Below are positions 28,376 to 39,113 of a stretch of DNA of 64,000 bases, piece by piece; the stretch's first letter is position 1; each line of letters opens with the position of its first letter. The position numbers and the translations under genes were made by a program. The stretch is taken from NCBI GenBank assembly GCA_965199495.1, contig CBDASK010000003.1, positions 2,880,001 through 2,944,000 of the forward strand, written 5' to 3'. The notes under the pieces were generated by a model. The model ran no database searches, had not been told where the DNA came from, and saw nothing but the letters and a program-made list of their open reading frames with translations. This DNA comes from Abditibacterium sp. (lineage in GTDB: Bacteria > Armatimonadota > Abditibacteriia > Abditibacteriales > Abditibacteriaceae).

Positions 28376-29389
28376 ATGAACGATTTGGCCGAGAAATGGC
28401 GCCAGCGTTTGCCGATTTTAGAAGCGCAATTGCGAAGCGCGCCGCGCGATATGAGCGCTTGGCATTGGCGCGCCGAAATTCGCGTTTTGCATTTTCTATT
28501 GAATCGTTATGCCAAACCGGAAAACGCGATGGAACCGAACGAATTATTACTGGACGAAATCGCATCCGTCCCGATGTCGCCGCTCGAACGTTCGCTGTTG
28601 AAGATGGCGCTTTTGATTCCCAACATTCACACCAAACGCACGCGTCCTTCGGAGAATGAGCGCGCAAATATTCTGGAGCGCATCAAAGTCGTGGGCGACG
28701 AGGCGCGCATAATTGACGAAGCCGAACAGGAACGCTGGGGCAAATTGCGCCTCGATAGTAAAATTCAGCTCGAAGCCAGCGCTTATCAAGATTTGCTGAC
28801 GCGGCAATCCAAGATACAACGGCGCGAAATCAAGCAACGTTCTCGCAAAGCCCCGCACCAAAAGCCACTGAAAATGCCGATACACCCCAAACGCGACATC
28901 ACCGCTTTCGGCCCGCGATTTCCCGTCGTCTGCCCGCGCTGTTCGAGGTGCGCCGATTTAGAACAAGAGAACTCCGCTAAGATTACGCTCGATTGTCTGA
29001 GTTGCGGTTACGCGCGCCAATGGCAATCGTCGCAAATTCAACTGGCGAGCGGTTGGCGGTGGCTGGGGAAAATGGCGCACCCGGTGCCAGCGGGATTTGG
29101 CGGCACGCCCGCCGAATTATGGATCGAAACTTCGTCCGATGCGACGCAGCAATCGCAGGGTTTGACGTTGCGGCTGTGGCTGCAAACGCCCTGCGACGAA
29201 GAAAATTTGTGGTTTCTTAATCGCGAACATTTGAATTTCGTCGAGCATTATTTGCGCGATTCCGCGAATGTCGAAGACCAAAGAACGCAAATTCAGTGGG
29301 TAGAGCCGTGGATTTGGGAAGCCGATGAAAAATGTGTTGCGCGCTGTCTGGCGGAGCTTCGTCTCAAAATGGATGCGGGCAACGAATAA
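28376..29389 (+). CDS. Hypothetical protein with C-terminal Zn-ribbon domain
   Basis: CPRC...CLSC followed by LWLQTPC..LWFLNREHL. Confidence 0.65.
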   Translation: MNDLAEKWRQRLPILEAQLRSAPRDMSAWHWRAEIRVLHFLLNRYAKPENAMEPNELLLDEIASVPMSPLERSLLKMALLIPNIHTKRTRPSENERANILERIKVVGDEARIIDEAEQERWGKLRLDSKIQLEASAYQDLLTRQSKIQRREIKQRSRKAPHQKPLKMPIHPKRDITAFGPRFPVVCPRCSRCADLEQENSAKITLDCLSCGYARQWQSSQIQLASGWRWLGKMAHPVPAGFGGTPAELWIETSSDATQQSQGLTLRLWLQTPCDEENLWFLNREHLNFVEHYLRDSANVEDQRTQIQWVEPWIWEADEKCVARCLAELRLKMDAGNE

Positions 29390-29580
29390 ATTCGCGACGC
29401 GGTATTCTGCTGAAAACTTTATTTTGTAACGCCGACGCGTTCGTATTAATTTCAATTTTTATGGATTGGATGCGACCGCAATCAACGATAAAATCGCGCC
29501 CGCAAATTTTGCTTCCTATTTAAATTTGAACGCATTACACTGCGTCCCGTCCCAAAAAAATCACAAGCATCCGTAATTCT

Positions 29581-30539
29581 ATGGCTAAAAACTTCAAAAA
29601 TGTCCAGTTGCTGTTCGCGCTGGCTTTGTGCGCCCCAATTTGCGCGAGCGTGCAAGCGCAGGACGCGGCGCCCTCCGTCCCGGCAACTCCCGCCGCCGTG
29701 ACACCAGCCACGCCGCAGGCGGCTTCTAATCCTCACCGCCGATTGTCTTTGGTAACAGAACAGGGTTCGTTCAAAAACGTATTCAACTCGCTTGGCGAGG
29801 CGCGCACGGCGGCGCAGGGCAATAGCTACAATCAAACGCTGAAAAGGGCAGCGAAATTATCGTAATGAACGCGCGCGAGGCCAATCCTTCCTTTACGAAC
29901 CCGATAACTTACTCGCTGTTTTCAATGACAAAAACAGATGTTGAACCGCTTGTCAAATCCTATCTCGATTATCGCGCGGCCAACCGAGAGGCGGACGGAA
30001 CGTCAGAAATTAGGCAACACGAGCGCGCGATGGTTGACGGGGTCATGAAAGCTCTGACCGTCAGTTTTCCGCGCACAGCCCCCAGCGATGCGGTGCCCGT
30101 CGAGTTAGCTTTGCCGAATATTTCCGTGCGACTCGAAACCGATGATACGCAAAATCCGCTGATCGGAGCAAAAATTGGTGATGGCTACATGTATGAGTCG
30201 GTGATGAATAACGAACGATTGAAGGGTTCTACGGCGCTCAAAACTCTGGCGGGCCGTGAAAAATACGGCTACAATCGCTATTCCACTTTGCAGGACGCGG
30301 GCGACGTGGCTACAATCGTTCCCGGAACCAAAATCATCGTTTTCAACGGAAATAGTTTTTCGCTTTACCGCCTGGGCGATTTCAAATCTGATTACAAAGG
30401 GGGCGATGAACAGTTCGATGTTTTCAAAACGACGCCGATGCGCAAAGGCTGGATTGTCGTGGCGATAGTCGCCGGAAGCAAATTCATCCCAATTTACCAA
30501 CCGAAAGCCAAACCCGCCGCCGCCGCTCCTACTCGATGA
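29581..30539 (+). pseudogene. Secreted protein split into two ORFs (29581-29865 and 29865-30539), possible frameshift
   Basis: ORF1 has a signal peptide and linker; the ORF2 frame is open from 29826; one added A at CAAAC (29833-29837) would fuse them. Confidence 0.45.
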
Positions 30540-30551
30540 ACGACAAAAGGC

Positions 30552-30599
30552 CAAACCGCAAAAAGCCGCGCTGAAAACAGCGCGGCTTTTTGCGGTTTG
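30552..30599. terminator. Bidirectional intrinsic terminator
   Basis: Perfect 22-bp stem caaaccgcaaaaagccgcgctg-aaaa-cagcgcggctttttgcggtttg between convergent genes. Confidence 0.8.
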
Positions 30600-30651
30600 A
30601 GTTTCGGGCGATGAACTCGAAAGCCATTGGAAAGAACTTTCTTATTTGCTC

Positions 30652-31743
30652 TCAGTCGCGGATGACGTTGCCGGTTGGCAGAATCACTTCGTCGTTGCCC
30701 TCTTCGGTATATTCTTCGGGGAAGCGTTTTTTATGGCGCACCGAAGCCCAGAACGCGGCGCCGATGAACGCCGCGCCGACCAAACCGGTGATGACTTCCG
30801 GCGTTTCGATGCCGACGGTCGAAATCAACATGATGGTGGCGAGGGCGATGATGGCGTAAAAGGCGCCCGGCTCCAGATAACGGTAATTGCTGAGCGTGCC
30901 GCCGTGAACCAGAGCCACCGTCATCGAGCGCACGAACATGGCGCCGATGCCCAGACCCAGAGCGATCTGTATGATGTCGTTGGTGATGGCGAACGCGCCG
31001 ATGACGCCGTCGAACGAAAACGAGGCGTCGAGGAATTCCAGATAGACGAACGAAGCCGCGCCCGTCCGCACGATTTTGCCGGTCACGTCTTCGCTGGCGC
31101 CCATTTTGTCGCCCAGCATTTCGACCGCAAAGAAGGTGGCCATACCTGCCGCCGCCGCGATGAGAAACGGTTGCTGAGCGCCGTGTTCCACGAAAAAGGA
31201 CAAGGCCACCACGATGATGAAGGTGGCGATGTATTGGGCGTGCGGAATGCGGGCGAGCGCCGCGAGCGGCTTCTCGATAAAGGGGAGCCATAGATGCTCG
31301 CGGTCTTCATCGAAAAAGAAGGACAGCCCGACGAGCGCCAGAAACGCGCCGCCAAAACCGGAAATTCCGATGTGGGCGCCAGTCACGATTTCTTCGTAGC
31401 GCTTATGATCGGACAGCGCGATGCGCACGGCTTCCCACGGCGTCACCTTGGCCGCAATCGCCACGATGATGAGCGGAAACACGACGCGCATTCCGAACAC
31501 GGCGATGGCAATGCCCCACGTCAGAAAGCGCTTCACCCACTTCTCTTCCATGTCGCGCAGCACGGTCGCATTGACGACGGCGTTATCCAAGCTGAGCGAT
31601 GTCTCCATGACGCCCAAAACCGCCGCGATAAAAACCGACGAAGCGACGGCTGCCAGCGCGCCATTCTGTAAATATCCGTCTAAGCCAGCCAGCGCGAGCG
31701 CCACGACCGTAAACGCGATTGAACCTTTGAAATGTTGCAACAT
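30652..31743 (-). CDS. DUF475 / TerC-family integral membrane protein
   Basis: ETSLSLDNAVVNA, FLTWGIAIAVFGMR, YLEFLDASFSFDGVIGAFA, YLEPGA. Confidence 0.9.
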   Translation of the reverse strand: MLQHFKGSIAFTVVALALAGLDGYLQNGALAAVASSVFIAAVLGVMETSLSLDNAVVNATVLRDMEEKWVKRFLTWGIAIAVFGMRVVFPLIIVAIAAKVTPWEAVRIALSDHKRYEEIVTGAHIGISGFGGAFLALVGLSFFFDEDREHLWLPFIEKPLAALARIPHAQYIATFIIVVALSFFVEHGAQQPFLIAAAAGMATFFAVEMLGDKMGASEDVTGKIVRTGAASFVYLEFLDASFSFDGVIGAFAITNDIIQIALGLGIGAMFVRSMTVALVHGGTLSNYRYLEPGAFYAIIALATIMLISTVGIETPEVITGLVGAAFIGAAFWASVRHKKRFPEEYTEEGNDEVILPTGNVIRD

Positions 31744-31962
31744 TGTATTTTTCCTTTTGCGGCGTCAGTCTACTGACGCCGTTTTGCGCGCGCTTGCTCG
31801 AATTGTTGGGATGTTAAACCGCGTTGGATCATAATTCTTGAGAAGATTGGGGCCGGTTACACGGCAAGTGTCGCGCCCAAGTTGAGAAAGAGCTTAACAA
31901 GTTAGCAGAAGTCGCAAAAGATAACAGCGAATGCGTTTGGCGCCGATGTTTAAACTAACATC

Positions 31963-34290
31963 GTGCTCCGTTACGCCGTATTATTGGGGCGCGTGCTTTC
32001 CTCGCGCGCCGTGAAAGTGTTGCTTTATCTGTGGATATTGGCGTGGGGTTTCGACCGCGCGATTTTCTGGGCGACCGAAGCCGCGTGGTTTGGTAGCGTC
32101 GGGCAGGGCGCGTGGTTTGGCGCGCGATTTTGGACGCAGTTCGCGTTGTTCTGGGGCGCTTTTGCTTTCGCCCTCGTCACCGCCGCCTTAACGATGCGCA
32201 TCGCCGCGCGGCCCGCGCCGGGCGCCGAATTGCGCACGTTGACCGGCGTTTTGGAAGGTCTCGAACCGTTGCGGCGCAACGCGACTCGGTTGGCGTGGCT
32301 GGCGTTAATCGTGGGCGCGTGGATTTTGGCGCGCACGATGGCGGGCGGTTGGGCCACTGTGATGTTAGCGCGCGCGGGCGATGTAGCCGATCCGATTTAT
32401 GGTTTGCCTTTGGCGCGTCTTATCGTCAACGGTTTGTGGGAGTGGAGTCTGTTTTTGTTGGGCGCGTTGGCCTTCGCGGGCGGACTACGCGCCCTCCCGA
32501 TTTTGGCGCAACGCGAACCGGCGCCGCCACTGCGGTTGTGGCACGCGTTGGGCGCGCTGGGAGCCTTGGTTTTATTGATTCGCGCGGCGCTTTATGCGGT
32601 TTCGGCGAGCGAGAATATTTGGAGCGATGGGACAACCGGAGCTGAACTGTTTGTCGGTTTGCCGGTCGCAATAATCAGCGTCGCTTTGTGTTTGATGGCG
32701 GCGTTTTGGTGCCTGAAACGGCCCGGCTATCGCAAGCTCGGCCTCGCCGTGGCTGCTGCTTTGTTCGCACCGCATTTGCTGCGCGTTGTGCTGGCGCCGT
32801 TGGGTTTAATTGTGCCAACGCCCGCCGCAGTTCAAGTGCGCAATCGAGCCAATACCATCGCGGCGTGGGATTTGGATGCGCCCGCGCTTGCCGCCAACGC
32901 GCCGCCACTCGCGGTGCATTGGCCGATCTGGAACGAAGAGGCGTTGCTTGGGTTGACGCGCGGCGAAGTGCCGCGTAAAGCGGGCCAGATTATTGACTGG
33001 CGACGCGCAACGATTGGGCCGCGCGGGGCGATTGTCGCGGGCGTTCCGGCGGGCATCGATAACTTGGGTTCACCGCACGACGCCGACGCGCCAAATGGCC
33101 TCGAATGGCTGGCCTATGATGTTACTCAAAATGTGGAAGGGCGCGCGCCGGTTGTGCCCGATGCCGAGCTGCCTCTCAGTTCGTTTTACGGTTTGGGCGG
33201 GCGTCCACTTTTGGGCAACGCGGCTTTGGATGCGGGCGTGCCGTTCGAGTTTTGGGGCTGGAAATTCGCGTGGGCGTGGCGTCTGCGCGATCCGTTCCTG
33301 ATGCTCGAAGGCGCGCGCGCCAACCGGTTATTGGTATTTCGCGGCGCGCTCGAAAGCGCGCAGATGTTGGCGCCATTTTTGACGTGGGACGAAGCGCAAC
33401 TGCGCATGACGCCGCAAGGCCCGCGCTGGGAAATGATCGGTTATGCCGCAACGCCGTTCTATCGCGGCGCCTTAGCGGCGAGCGAAGGCGAATTCGCGGG
33501 CGATAACGCCGCGCAAGCTGTCACGCTACTGCAAATGAATCCGCGCGATGGCCGCGTCGAATTCGCCGCGTTACCGGGCGCGCGTTGGAGCGCGCCGTGG
33601 AGCCGAATTCTCGGCGGGAGCGCGGTGGAAAACGCGGTGATGCCAAGACCGCAAACTCCCTTATTGGAAAGCGCGCGCGCCGTTGTCGCGCGGCGTCTGG
33701 GGCGCAAAAACGTGTTGAACGAAATGGCTTGGACGTGGACAAACGGTCGTGCCGCGCGCGTGCAATACGCGTCCGATTTGCCCGTTGGCGTGAGCGAACG
33801 TTTGGCCGCTCTTGATGCTGCCGCCGTGCGCGATTGGCCCGCAAAAGAGAGCGCAAAACTGCAAAATGGCGACGCCGTTTTGTGGCCCGACACGCGCGCG
33901 CCGGGCGGTTTTTGGGTGGGCCGCGCCTACTACTCCGCAACAGCCACGGCGGGCGTGGCCAGCGAGGGCGGCATCGCGCACGACGACAAACTGTGGCACG
34001 TTAGCCTGACCGGTCTGGCGCCTTCGCCTCTCGCCAGCGCCGACAATGCCAGCGCCGCCCTCGTCGCCTTTGATTTGCTTAATGTGCCAACACTACTCGC
34101 GCCCACGCAAAACGCCATTCCCGGCGCGCCCATTGATGCCAGCGCGTTGGCGTTATGGGCTTTGCAAGCGCACGACGCCGCGCAAAAAGCGTTGGCGGCT
34201 TCTAAGTGGGACGAATGGGCTAAACAGTCGAAGTTGGAGCGCAAGTTATTGGAACAAGTCGCGGCAGAGTTGGCGGCGCGGCGCGGATAA
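31963..34290 (+). CDS. UPF0182-like membrane protein, divergent
   Basis: N-terminal TM block with TEAAWFGSVG; later AWAWRLRD..LLVFR..LAPFLTWD. Confidence 0.65.
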   Translation: MLRYAVLLGRVLSSRAVKVLLYLWILAWGFDRAIFWATEAAWFGSVGQGAWFGARFWTQFALFWGAFAFALVTAALTMRIAARPAPGAELRTLTGVLEGLEPLRRNATRLAWLALIVGAWILARTMAGGWATVMLARAGDVADPIYGLPLARLIVNGLWEWSLFLLGALAFAGGLRALPILAQREPAPPLRLWHALGALGALVLLIRAALYAVSASENIWSDGTTGAELFVGLPVAIISVALCLMAAFWCLKRPGYRKLGLAVAAALFAPHLLRVVLAPLGLIVPTPAAVQVRNRANTIAAWDLDAPALAANAPPLAVHWPIWNEEALLGLTRGEVPRKAGQIIDWRRATIGPRGAIVAGVPAGIDNLGSPHDADAPNGLEWLAYDVTQNVEGRAPVVPDAELPLSSFYGLGGRPLLGNAALDAGVPFEFWGWKFAWAWRLRDPFLMLEGARANRLLVFRGALESAQMLAPFLTWDEAQLRMTPQGPRWEMIGYAATPFYRGALAASEGEFAGDNAAQAVTLLQMNPRDGRVEFAALPGARWSAPWSRILGGSAVENAVMPRPQTPLLESARAVVARRLGRKNVLNEMAWTWTNGRAARVQYASDLPVGVSERLAALDAAAVRDWPAKESAKLQNGDAVLWPDTRAPGGFWVGRAYYSATATAGVASEGGIAHDDKLWHVSLTGLAPSPLASADNASAALVAFDLLNVPTLLAPTQNAIPGAPIDASALALWALQAHDAAQKALAASKWDEWAKQSKLERKLLEQVAAELAARRG

Positions 34291-34295
34291 ATTGT

Positions 34296-34499
34296 AGAGG
34301 AGTCACGCCGTTCGCTTTTTGTGTCCGCGAAGGCGGACAGTTGCGCACGGAGTGCGCTTCAAGGCCCACATTTTAATGTGGGCCTTGAAGAAAAGCGCGT
34401 ATCCCTTTTGTCCCCCGATTGAAATCGGGGTCTTTGATCTCGCTTCGCGCGCAACTGTCCGCCTTCGCGGACACAAAAAGCGAACGGCGTGACTCCTCT
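34296..34499. repeat. MITE-like palindrome, family D (51-bp arms with nested hairpins)
   Basis: 34296-34346 is the reverse complement of 34449-34499; internal hairpins at 34357-34390 and 34413-34430. Confidence 0.88.
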
Positions 34500-34555
34500 T
34501 GTATTGGCTGTTAAATTTAATTGTTTGATTCGTAATTCGGAGGAAATCTAACATC

Positions 34556-34631
34556 AGTGGAGCTGACGCACCCTTCCAATCTGTGCGCTTTCGATGAACT
34601 CCGCCGAATGGAAAGGTGCGTTCGCCCCACT
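34556..34631. repeat. REP-like hairpin, family C, diverged
   Basis: 76 bp; spacer is the reverse complement of a near match to the 5660-5683 spacer. Confidence 0.8.
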
Positions 34632-34710
34632 GATATTGTGTGAGTGGATGCAACGGAACAAAACGCGTCCAAACCCGCGCGCTAAAACCTTTTATCCTGT
34701 ATGGCCAGTT

Positions 34711-35004
34711 ATGCGATTAACCAATTCCGAAGTCGAGCATATCGCGACGCTTTCGCGCCTCGAACTCAACGACGCCGAACGCGAGCGCGCCGCCAATGAA
34801 CTCAGCCAGATCATCGGCTATTTCGAGGCGCTGAGCGAACTCGATACCGAAAACGTCGAACCGACGATGCACGCTTTACCCATCGAAAACGTGCTGCGCG
34901 CCGACGAAGTGCGCCCCGGTTTATCGCGCGAAGCCGCGCTGCAAAATGCGCCCGAAAGCGCTGACGGAATGTTTCAGGTGCCGCGCGTCGTCGAAGCCGA
35001 GTGA
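34711..35004 (+). CDS. gatC: Asp/Glu-tRNA amidotransferase subunit C
   Basis: [36 protein letters not shown]. Confidence 0.95.
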   Translation: MRLTNSEVEHIATLSRLELNDAERERAANELSQIIGYFEALSELDTENVEPTMHALPIENVLRADEVRPGLSREAALQNAPESADGMFQVPRVVEAE

Positions 35005-35119
35005 CAGAATACAGGAGACGGGAGACGAGGGAGACAGGAAATTGCGCGTGTATAAACTTCAGAATCACGCATGAACTCCTGTCTCCCTCGTCTCCCGTCT
35101 CCCGTCTCCCGTCTCCTGT
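35005..35119. repeat. Heptamer-armed hairpin element, GGAGACG type
   Basis: acaggagacgggagacgagggagacagga...tcctgtctccctcgtctcccgtctcccgtctcccgtctcctgt fills the gatC-gatA gap. Confidence 0.85.
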
Positions 35120-35129
35120 TCCCTTAAAA

Positions 35130-36590
35130 ATGATTACCGATCTTTCCGCCGCGCAAATCGCGGCTCAAATTCAATCCAAAGAACTCTCGTGTCGCGAAGT
35201 GACCGCCGCATTTTTGGCGCGCACCGAAGCGCTCGAACCCCAAGTCGGCGCTTTTGTCAGCGTATTGTCCGAAGACGCGCTGAAACGCGCCGTCGCGCTC
35301 GATATGCGTTTGGCGGCGGGCGAAGACATCGGGCCATTGGGCGGTGTGCCAATCGCGCTCAAAGATAATATGTGTGCCAACGGCACGCGCACGACCTGTT
35401 CTTCCAAGATGCTGGAAAACTTCGTGGCGCCTTACGATGCGCACGTCGTGGAAAAACTGCGCGACGCGGGCGCCGTCGTGCTGGCCAAAGCCAACATGGA
35501 CGAGTTCGCGATGGGCAGTTCGACCGAAAACTCGGCGTTTTTCCCGACGAAAAACCCGTGGGATTTGAGTCGCGTGCCCGGCGGCAGTTCGGGCGGTTCG
35601 ACGGCCAGCGTCGCCGCGCGCGAAGTGCCGATTTCGTTGGGCAGCGATACCGGTGGCTCGATTCGCCAGCCCGCCAGCTTTTGCGGTTGCGTCGGCATGA
35701 AACCGACTTACGGCTTGGTTTCGCGCTATGGCTTGGTTGCTTTTGCCAGTTCCCTCGATCAAATCGGCCCAATTTCTAACACGGTCGAGGACGCCGCGCT
35801 GTTGTTGCAAGCTATCGCCGGACACGATGCGCGCGATTCGACTTCGATTGACCGCGTCGTGCCCGATTATCGCGCCGCCCTGAGCGGAGATATTCGCGGA
35901 CTTCGCGTCGGCGTGCCCTCGGAATACTTCGGTCAGGGCGTGCAGCCGTATGTCGCCAATGCCGTTCACAAAGCAATTGACAAATTGAAAGAGTTGGGCG
36001 CCGAAATCGTCGAAGTTTCGATGCCGACGACCGAATACGGGTTGGCCTGTTATTACATCATCGCGCCCTGCGAAGCCTCGTCAAACTTGGCGCGCTACGA
36101 TGGCGTGAAATACGGTTTGCGCGTGGCTGAGGCGGGCGACGATGTCATCGCGATGACCAGCAAAAGTCGCGCTGCGGGTTTTGGCCACGAAGTCCAGCAT
36201 CGCATCATGATCGGCGCGCACGCTTTGTCGAGCGGGTTTTACGATGCCTATTATTCCAAAGCGCAAAAAGTGCGCACCCTGATTCGTCAAGATTTCGACG
36301 CGGCTTTTTCCAAATGCGACGTGTTAGCCACGCCCACGGCGCCCTCGGTCGCGTTCCCGTTGGGTGACAAAACCGACAATCCGATTGCGATGAAGTTGGC
36401 CGACGTTTGCACGATTCCCGTCAACATGGCCGGAATCCCGGCGCTGTCGTTGCCGTGCGGTTTTGAGAACGGCTTGCCCATCGGTTTGCAACTCATTGGC
36501 AAATTATTGGACGAAAGCACGCTATTGCGAACTGCGCACGCCTATGAACAGGCGACGGATTGGCACAAACAACGGCCTGTTTTGGATTAA
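35130..36590 (+). CDS. gatA: Asp/Glu-tRNA amidotransferase subunit A
   Basis: [44 protein letters not shown]. Confidence 0.97.
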   Translation: MITDLSAAQIAAQIQSKELSCREVTAAFLARTEALEPQVGAFVSVLSEDALKRAVALDMRLAAGEDIGPLGGVPIALKDNMCANGTRTTCSSKMLENFVAPYDAHVVEKLRDAGAVVLAKANMDEFAMGSSTENSAFFPTKNPWDLSRVPGGSSGGSTASVAAREVPISLGSDTGGSIRQPASFCGCVGMKPTYGLVSRYGLVAFASSLDQIGPISNTVEDAALLLQAIAGHDARDSTSIDRVVPDYRAALSGDIRGLRVGVPSEYFGQGVQPYVANAVHKAIDKLKELGAEIVEVSMPTTEYGLACYYIIAPCEASSNLARYDGVKYGLRVAEAGDDVIAMTSKSRAAGFGHEVQHRIMIGAHALSSGFYDAYYSKAQKVRTLIRQDFDAAFSKCDVLATPTAPSVAFPLGDKTDNPIAMKLADVCTIPVNMAGIPALSLPCGFENGLPIGLQLIGKLLDESTLLRTAHAYEQATDWHKQRPVLD

Positions 36591-36610
36591 TTCATCAATA
36601 ATTCACGCTC

Positions 36611-36943
36611 ATGCTTCCATCCTTTCCACTTCTCAGTGGCGCCGTGGCTGCTTTGTGCGTGGTCGCGATAATACCGTGGATTTTGGGCGTGCCCGGCGAT
36701 CCCGGCCCGCCGGGCCACGAAAGTAATTACGCGCGCGGCTGGAAAATGGGGCTGGGCGTTATCATTGTTTATCCGCTCGTGTGGGCGCTCGACTTCTTAC
36801 CCTATTTTATCTTTCGCGGCCTCGTCAGCCCGTCGGCGCAAGCGAGTTGGCAAAACATCAGTCAATGGATCGGCGCCATCGCGTTGGTTGCGGCGATACT
36901 TCGTTTGAGCTGGGCGTTTCGGGTTTTGAGCAAAGGCGCATGA
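36611..36943 (+). CDS. Small membrane protein
   Basis: 110 aa with about 3 hydrophobic segments; lies between gatA and gatB. Confidence 0.6.
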   Translation: MLPSFPLLSGAVAALCVVAIIPWILGVPGDPGPPGHESNYARGWKMGLGVIIVYPLVWALDFLPYFIFRGLVSPSAQASWQNISQWIGAIALVAAILRLSWAFRVLSKGA

Positions 36944-36987
36944 GAGTTGGCGGCGCCAAGCGTAAAATTAACCAGCTTTGTTAAAAT

Positions 36988-37022
36988 AAAAAGGCGTCTC
37001 CCGTTTTGGAAGACGCCTTTTT
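36988..37022. terminator. Terminator-like hairpin immediately before gatB
   Basis: aaaaaggcgtct-cccgttttgga-agacgccttttt. Confidence 0.55.
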
Positions 37023-37029
37023 GCGCGCT

Positions 37030-38487
37030 ATGTCCCACCCCCAAACCAAATATGAAGTCGTCATCGGCATGGAAGTCCACGCCGAACTTTTGACGCAGTC
37101 CAAACAGTTCGTCGCCTCGCCTAACTTAGCTTTGGCGCCGCCCAATACTTTAGTTGATCCGGTCACTCTCGGCTTGCCGGGCGCGTTGCCCGTTCTCAAC
37201 CGCGCGGGCGTTGATTTATCTCTGCGCGCGACGTTGGCGCTCAACTGTGATATTTCGCGGCACTGCTTTTTCGAGCGCAAACACTATTTTTATCCCGATT
37301 TGCCCAAAGGTTATCAAATCACGCAAATGGCAAAACCACTGGGCGTCGGCGGCTATCTCGAAATCGAACTTCCCGACGGCACGCGCAAAAAAGTCGGCAT
37401 GCACGACGTTCACATCGAAGAAGACACCGGCAAATCGTCGCACGGCGAAAGCATCGGCGACCCCGATTCGTCGTTAATTGATTTGAATCGCGCCGGAATT
37501 CCCTTGCTTGAAATCGTCTCCGACCCCGATATGCGTTCGATTGAGGAAGCCGACGCTTACATGACGGCATTGCGCGAAATTTTGCTGTTCGCCGAAATTT
37601 CCGATTGCAAAATGGAGCAGGGCCGTTTGCGCTTCGAGGCCAGCGTCAGTCTGCGCGAATGGGGCGCCGAGCAATATGGCACGCGCGTCGAAGTCAAAAA
37701 CCTCAACTCGATGAAAGCCGTGCGCGACAGCTTGCGCGCCGAAATCGTGCGCCAGACCAAAGAGTTGGATAGGGGCAACGAAATCAAGCAGGAAACCATG
37801 TTGTGGGATGAAGCCACCGGCACCACGCAGTCCATGCGCAGCAAGGAACACGCGCACGATTATCGTTATATGCCCGAACCCGATTTGGCGCCGCTTCATA
37901 TTGACGACGCGTGGCTGGAGCGCGTCAAATCCGAAATGCCCGAACTGCCGCGCGAAAAACGCGCGCGCTTCACCGGCGATTTGGGACTTTCGGCTTACGA
38001 CGCCGAAGTTTTGACCGCCGCGCCCAATATCGCTCGTTATTATGAAGCGGTCTGCGAAGGCGCGTCTAATCCCAAGCAAATCGCCAACTGGGTTGCCAAC
38101 GAATTATTGGGACGTTTGAACGCGAGCGGAACTTCCCTTGACGAAGCGAAGGTTTCGCCCGCGCAATTGCGCGGCTTGGTCGCACTCATCGAAGACGGCA
38201 CGATTTCCGGCAAAATCGCCAAAGACGTGTTCGACGAAATGCTCGAATCCGGCGTAGACGCCGGTGCCATCGTCGAAGAAAAAGGCTTGAAACAGATGAG
38301 CGATAGCGGCGAACTTGAAGCGATTTGCCGGAGCGTCATCGAGAAATTGCCGAAAATCGTCGAGGATTATCGCGGTGGAAAACAGAAAGCGTTTGGCGCT
38401 CTGGTCGGCGGCGTGATGAAAGAAACGCGCGGCAAAGCCAACCCGGCGCTGGTCAACGAAATTTTGCTGAAAGTGCTGGGAGCGTAA
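37030..38487 (+). CDS. gatB: Asp/Glu-tRNA amidotransferase subunit B
   Basis: VIGMEVHAEL, YFYPDLPKGYQITQ, HIEEDTGK, DYRYMPEPDL, GKANP. Confidence 0.97.
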   Translation: MSHPQTKYEVVIGMEVHAELLTQSKQFVASPNLALAPPNTLVDPVTLGLPGALPVLNRAGVDLSLRATLALNCDISRHCFFERKHYFYPDLPKGYQITQMAKPLGVGGYLEIELPDGTRKKVGMHDVHIEEDTGKSSHGESIGDPDSSLIDLNRAGIPLLEIVSDPDMRSIEEADAYMTALREILLFAEISDCKMEQGRLRFEASVSLREWGAEQYGTRVEVKNLNSMKAVRDSLRAEIVRQTKELDRGNEIKQETMLWDEATGTTQSMRSKEHAHDYRYMPEPDLAPLHIDDAWLERVKSEMPELPREKRARFTGDLGLSAYDAEVLTAAPNIARYYEAVCEGASNPKQIANWVANELLGRLNASGTSLDEAKVSPAQLRGLVALIEDGTISGKIAKDVFDEMLESGVDAGAIVEEKGLKQMSDSGELEAICRSVIEKLPKIVEDYRGGKQKAFGALVGGVMKETRGKANPALVNEILLKVLGA

Positions 38488-38590
38488 GTGACAGGAAACA
38501 AGGAGCAAGGGGACAAGGTCGCAAAGTCAGAGTCTACCGATAGTTTACGGATGCCTACTCTTGCCACTTGTCACTTGTCACTTGCTACTT
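38486..38590. repeat. Heptamer-armed element with hybrid arms (GGGACAA-like / CTTGTCA)
   Basis: aagtgacaggaaacaaggagcaaggggacaagg...cttgccacttgtcacttgtcacttgctactt fills the gatB-ACT gap. Confidence 0.75.
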
Positions 38591-38595
38591 AAACC

Positions 38596-39108
38596 ATGTT
38601 TATCATCACCGCCGTTGGCCCCGATCAACCCGGCATGGCGCACGCCCTCGCGCAGCGATTGTTCGATGCGCAGTGCAATCTCGAAGACACCACGATGACG
38701 CGCTTGTCCGGCCAGTTCGCCATGATTTTGGTCGTCGCACCGCCCGACGATTTGGAGTTGGAGGCGCTCGAAGACCAATTGCAATCGCTCCATGAATCGC
38801 ACGGCCTACTCATCGAAATCGCACCCGCCGATAGCGTGCCCTCAACCGAGGGGCCGCGCCATATTTTGACGGCTTATGGCCCAGAAACCAGCGGATTATT
38901 GGCGCGCGTGACGCAGGTTTTGGCCGAGCGCAACGTCAACGTGACCGATGTGCAAACGCGCATCGCTTCGGCGGGCATGGCTTATGTCATGCTGCTCGAA
39001 CTCGAACTGTCGCCCGAATTGCGCGCCGACGCGCTCGAAGATGAACTGCGCCATCGCGCGCCCGACTTGCAGATTTCGCTGCGCGAAATGGAATCGGAAA
39101 CAATGTGA
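38596..39108 (+). CDS. Double ACT-domain protein (GcvR-like)
   Basis: ITAVGPDQPG..CNLEDTTMTRL; second ACT unit TAYGPETSGL..NVTDV. Confidence 0.85.
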   Translation: MFIITAVGPDQPGMAHALAQRLFDAQCNLEDTTMTRLSGQFAMILVVAPPDDLELEALEDQLQSLHESHGLLIEIAPADSVPSTEGPRHILTAYGPETSGLLARVTQVLAERNVNVTDVQTRIASAGMAYVMLLELELSPELRADALEDELRHRAPDLQISLREMESETM

Positions 39109-39113
39109 AAAAG

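Noticed and set aside
31744..31960. yybP-ykoY riboswitch upstream of the TerC-family gene
   Set aside because: The conserved GGGGAGUA-type motif was not found on the minus strand
28273..31962. Gene-strand switch as a replication origin
   Set aside because: No dnaA/dnaN or DnaA-box cluster seen; skew cannot be computed by eye
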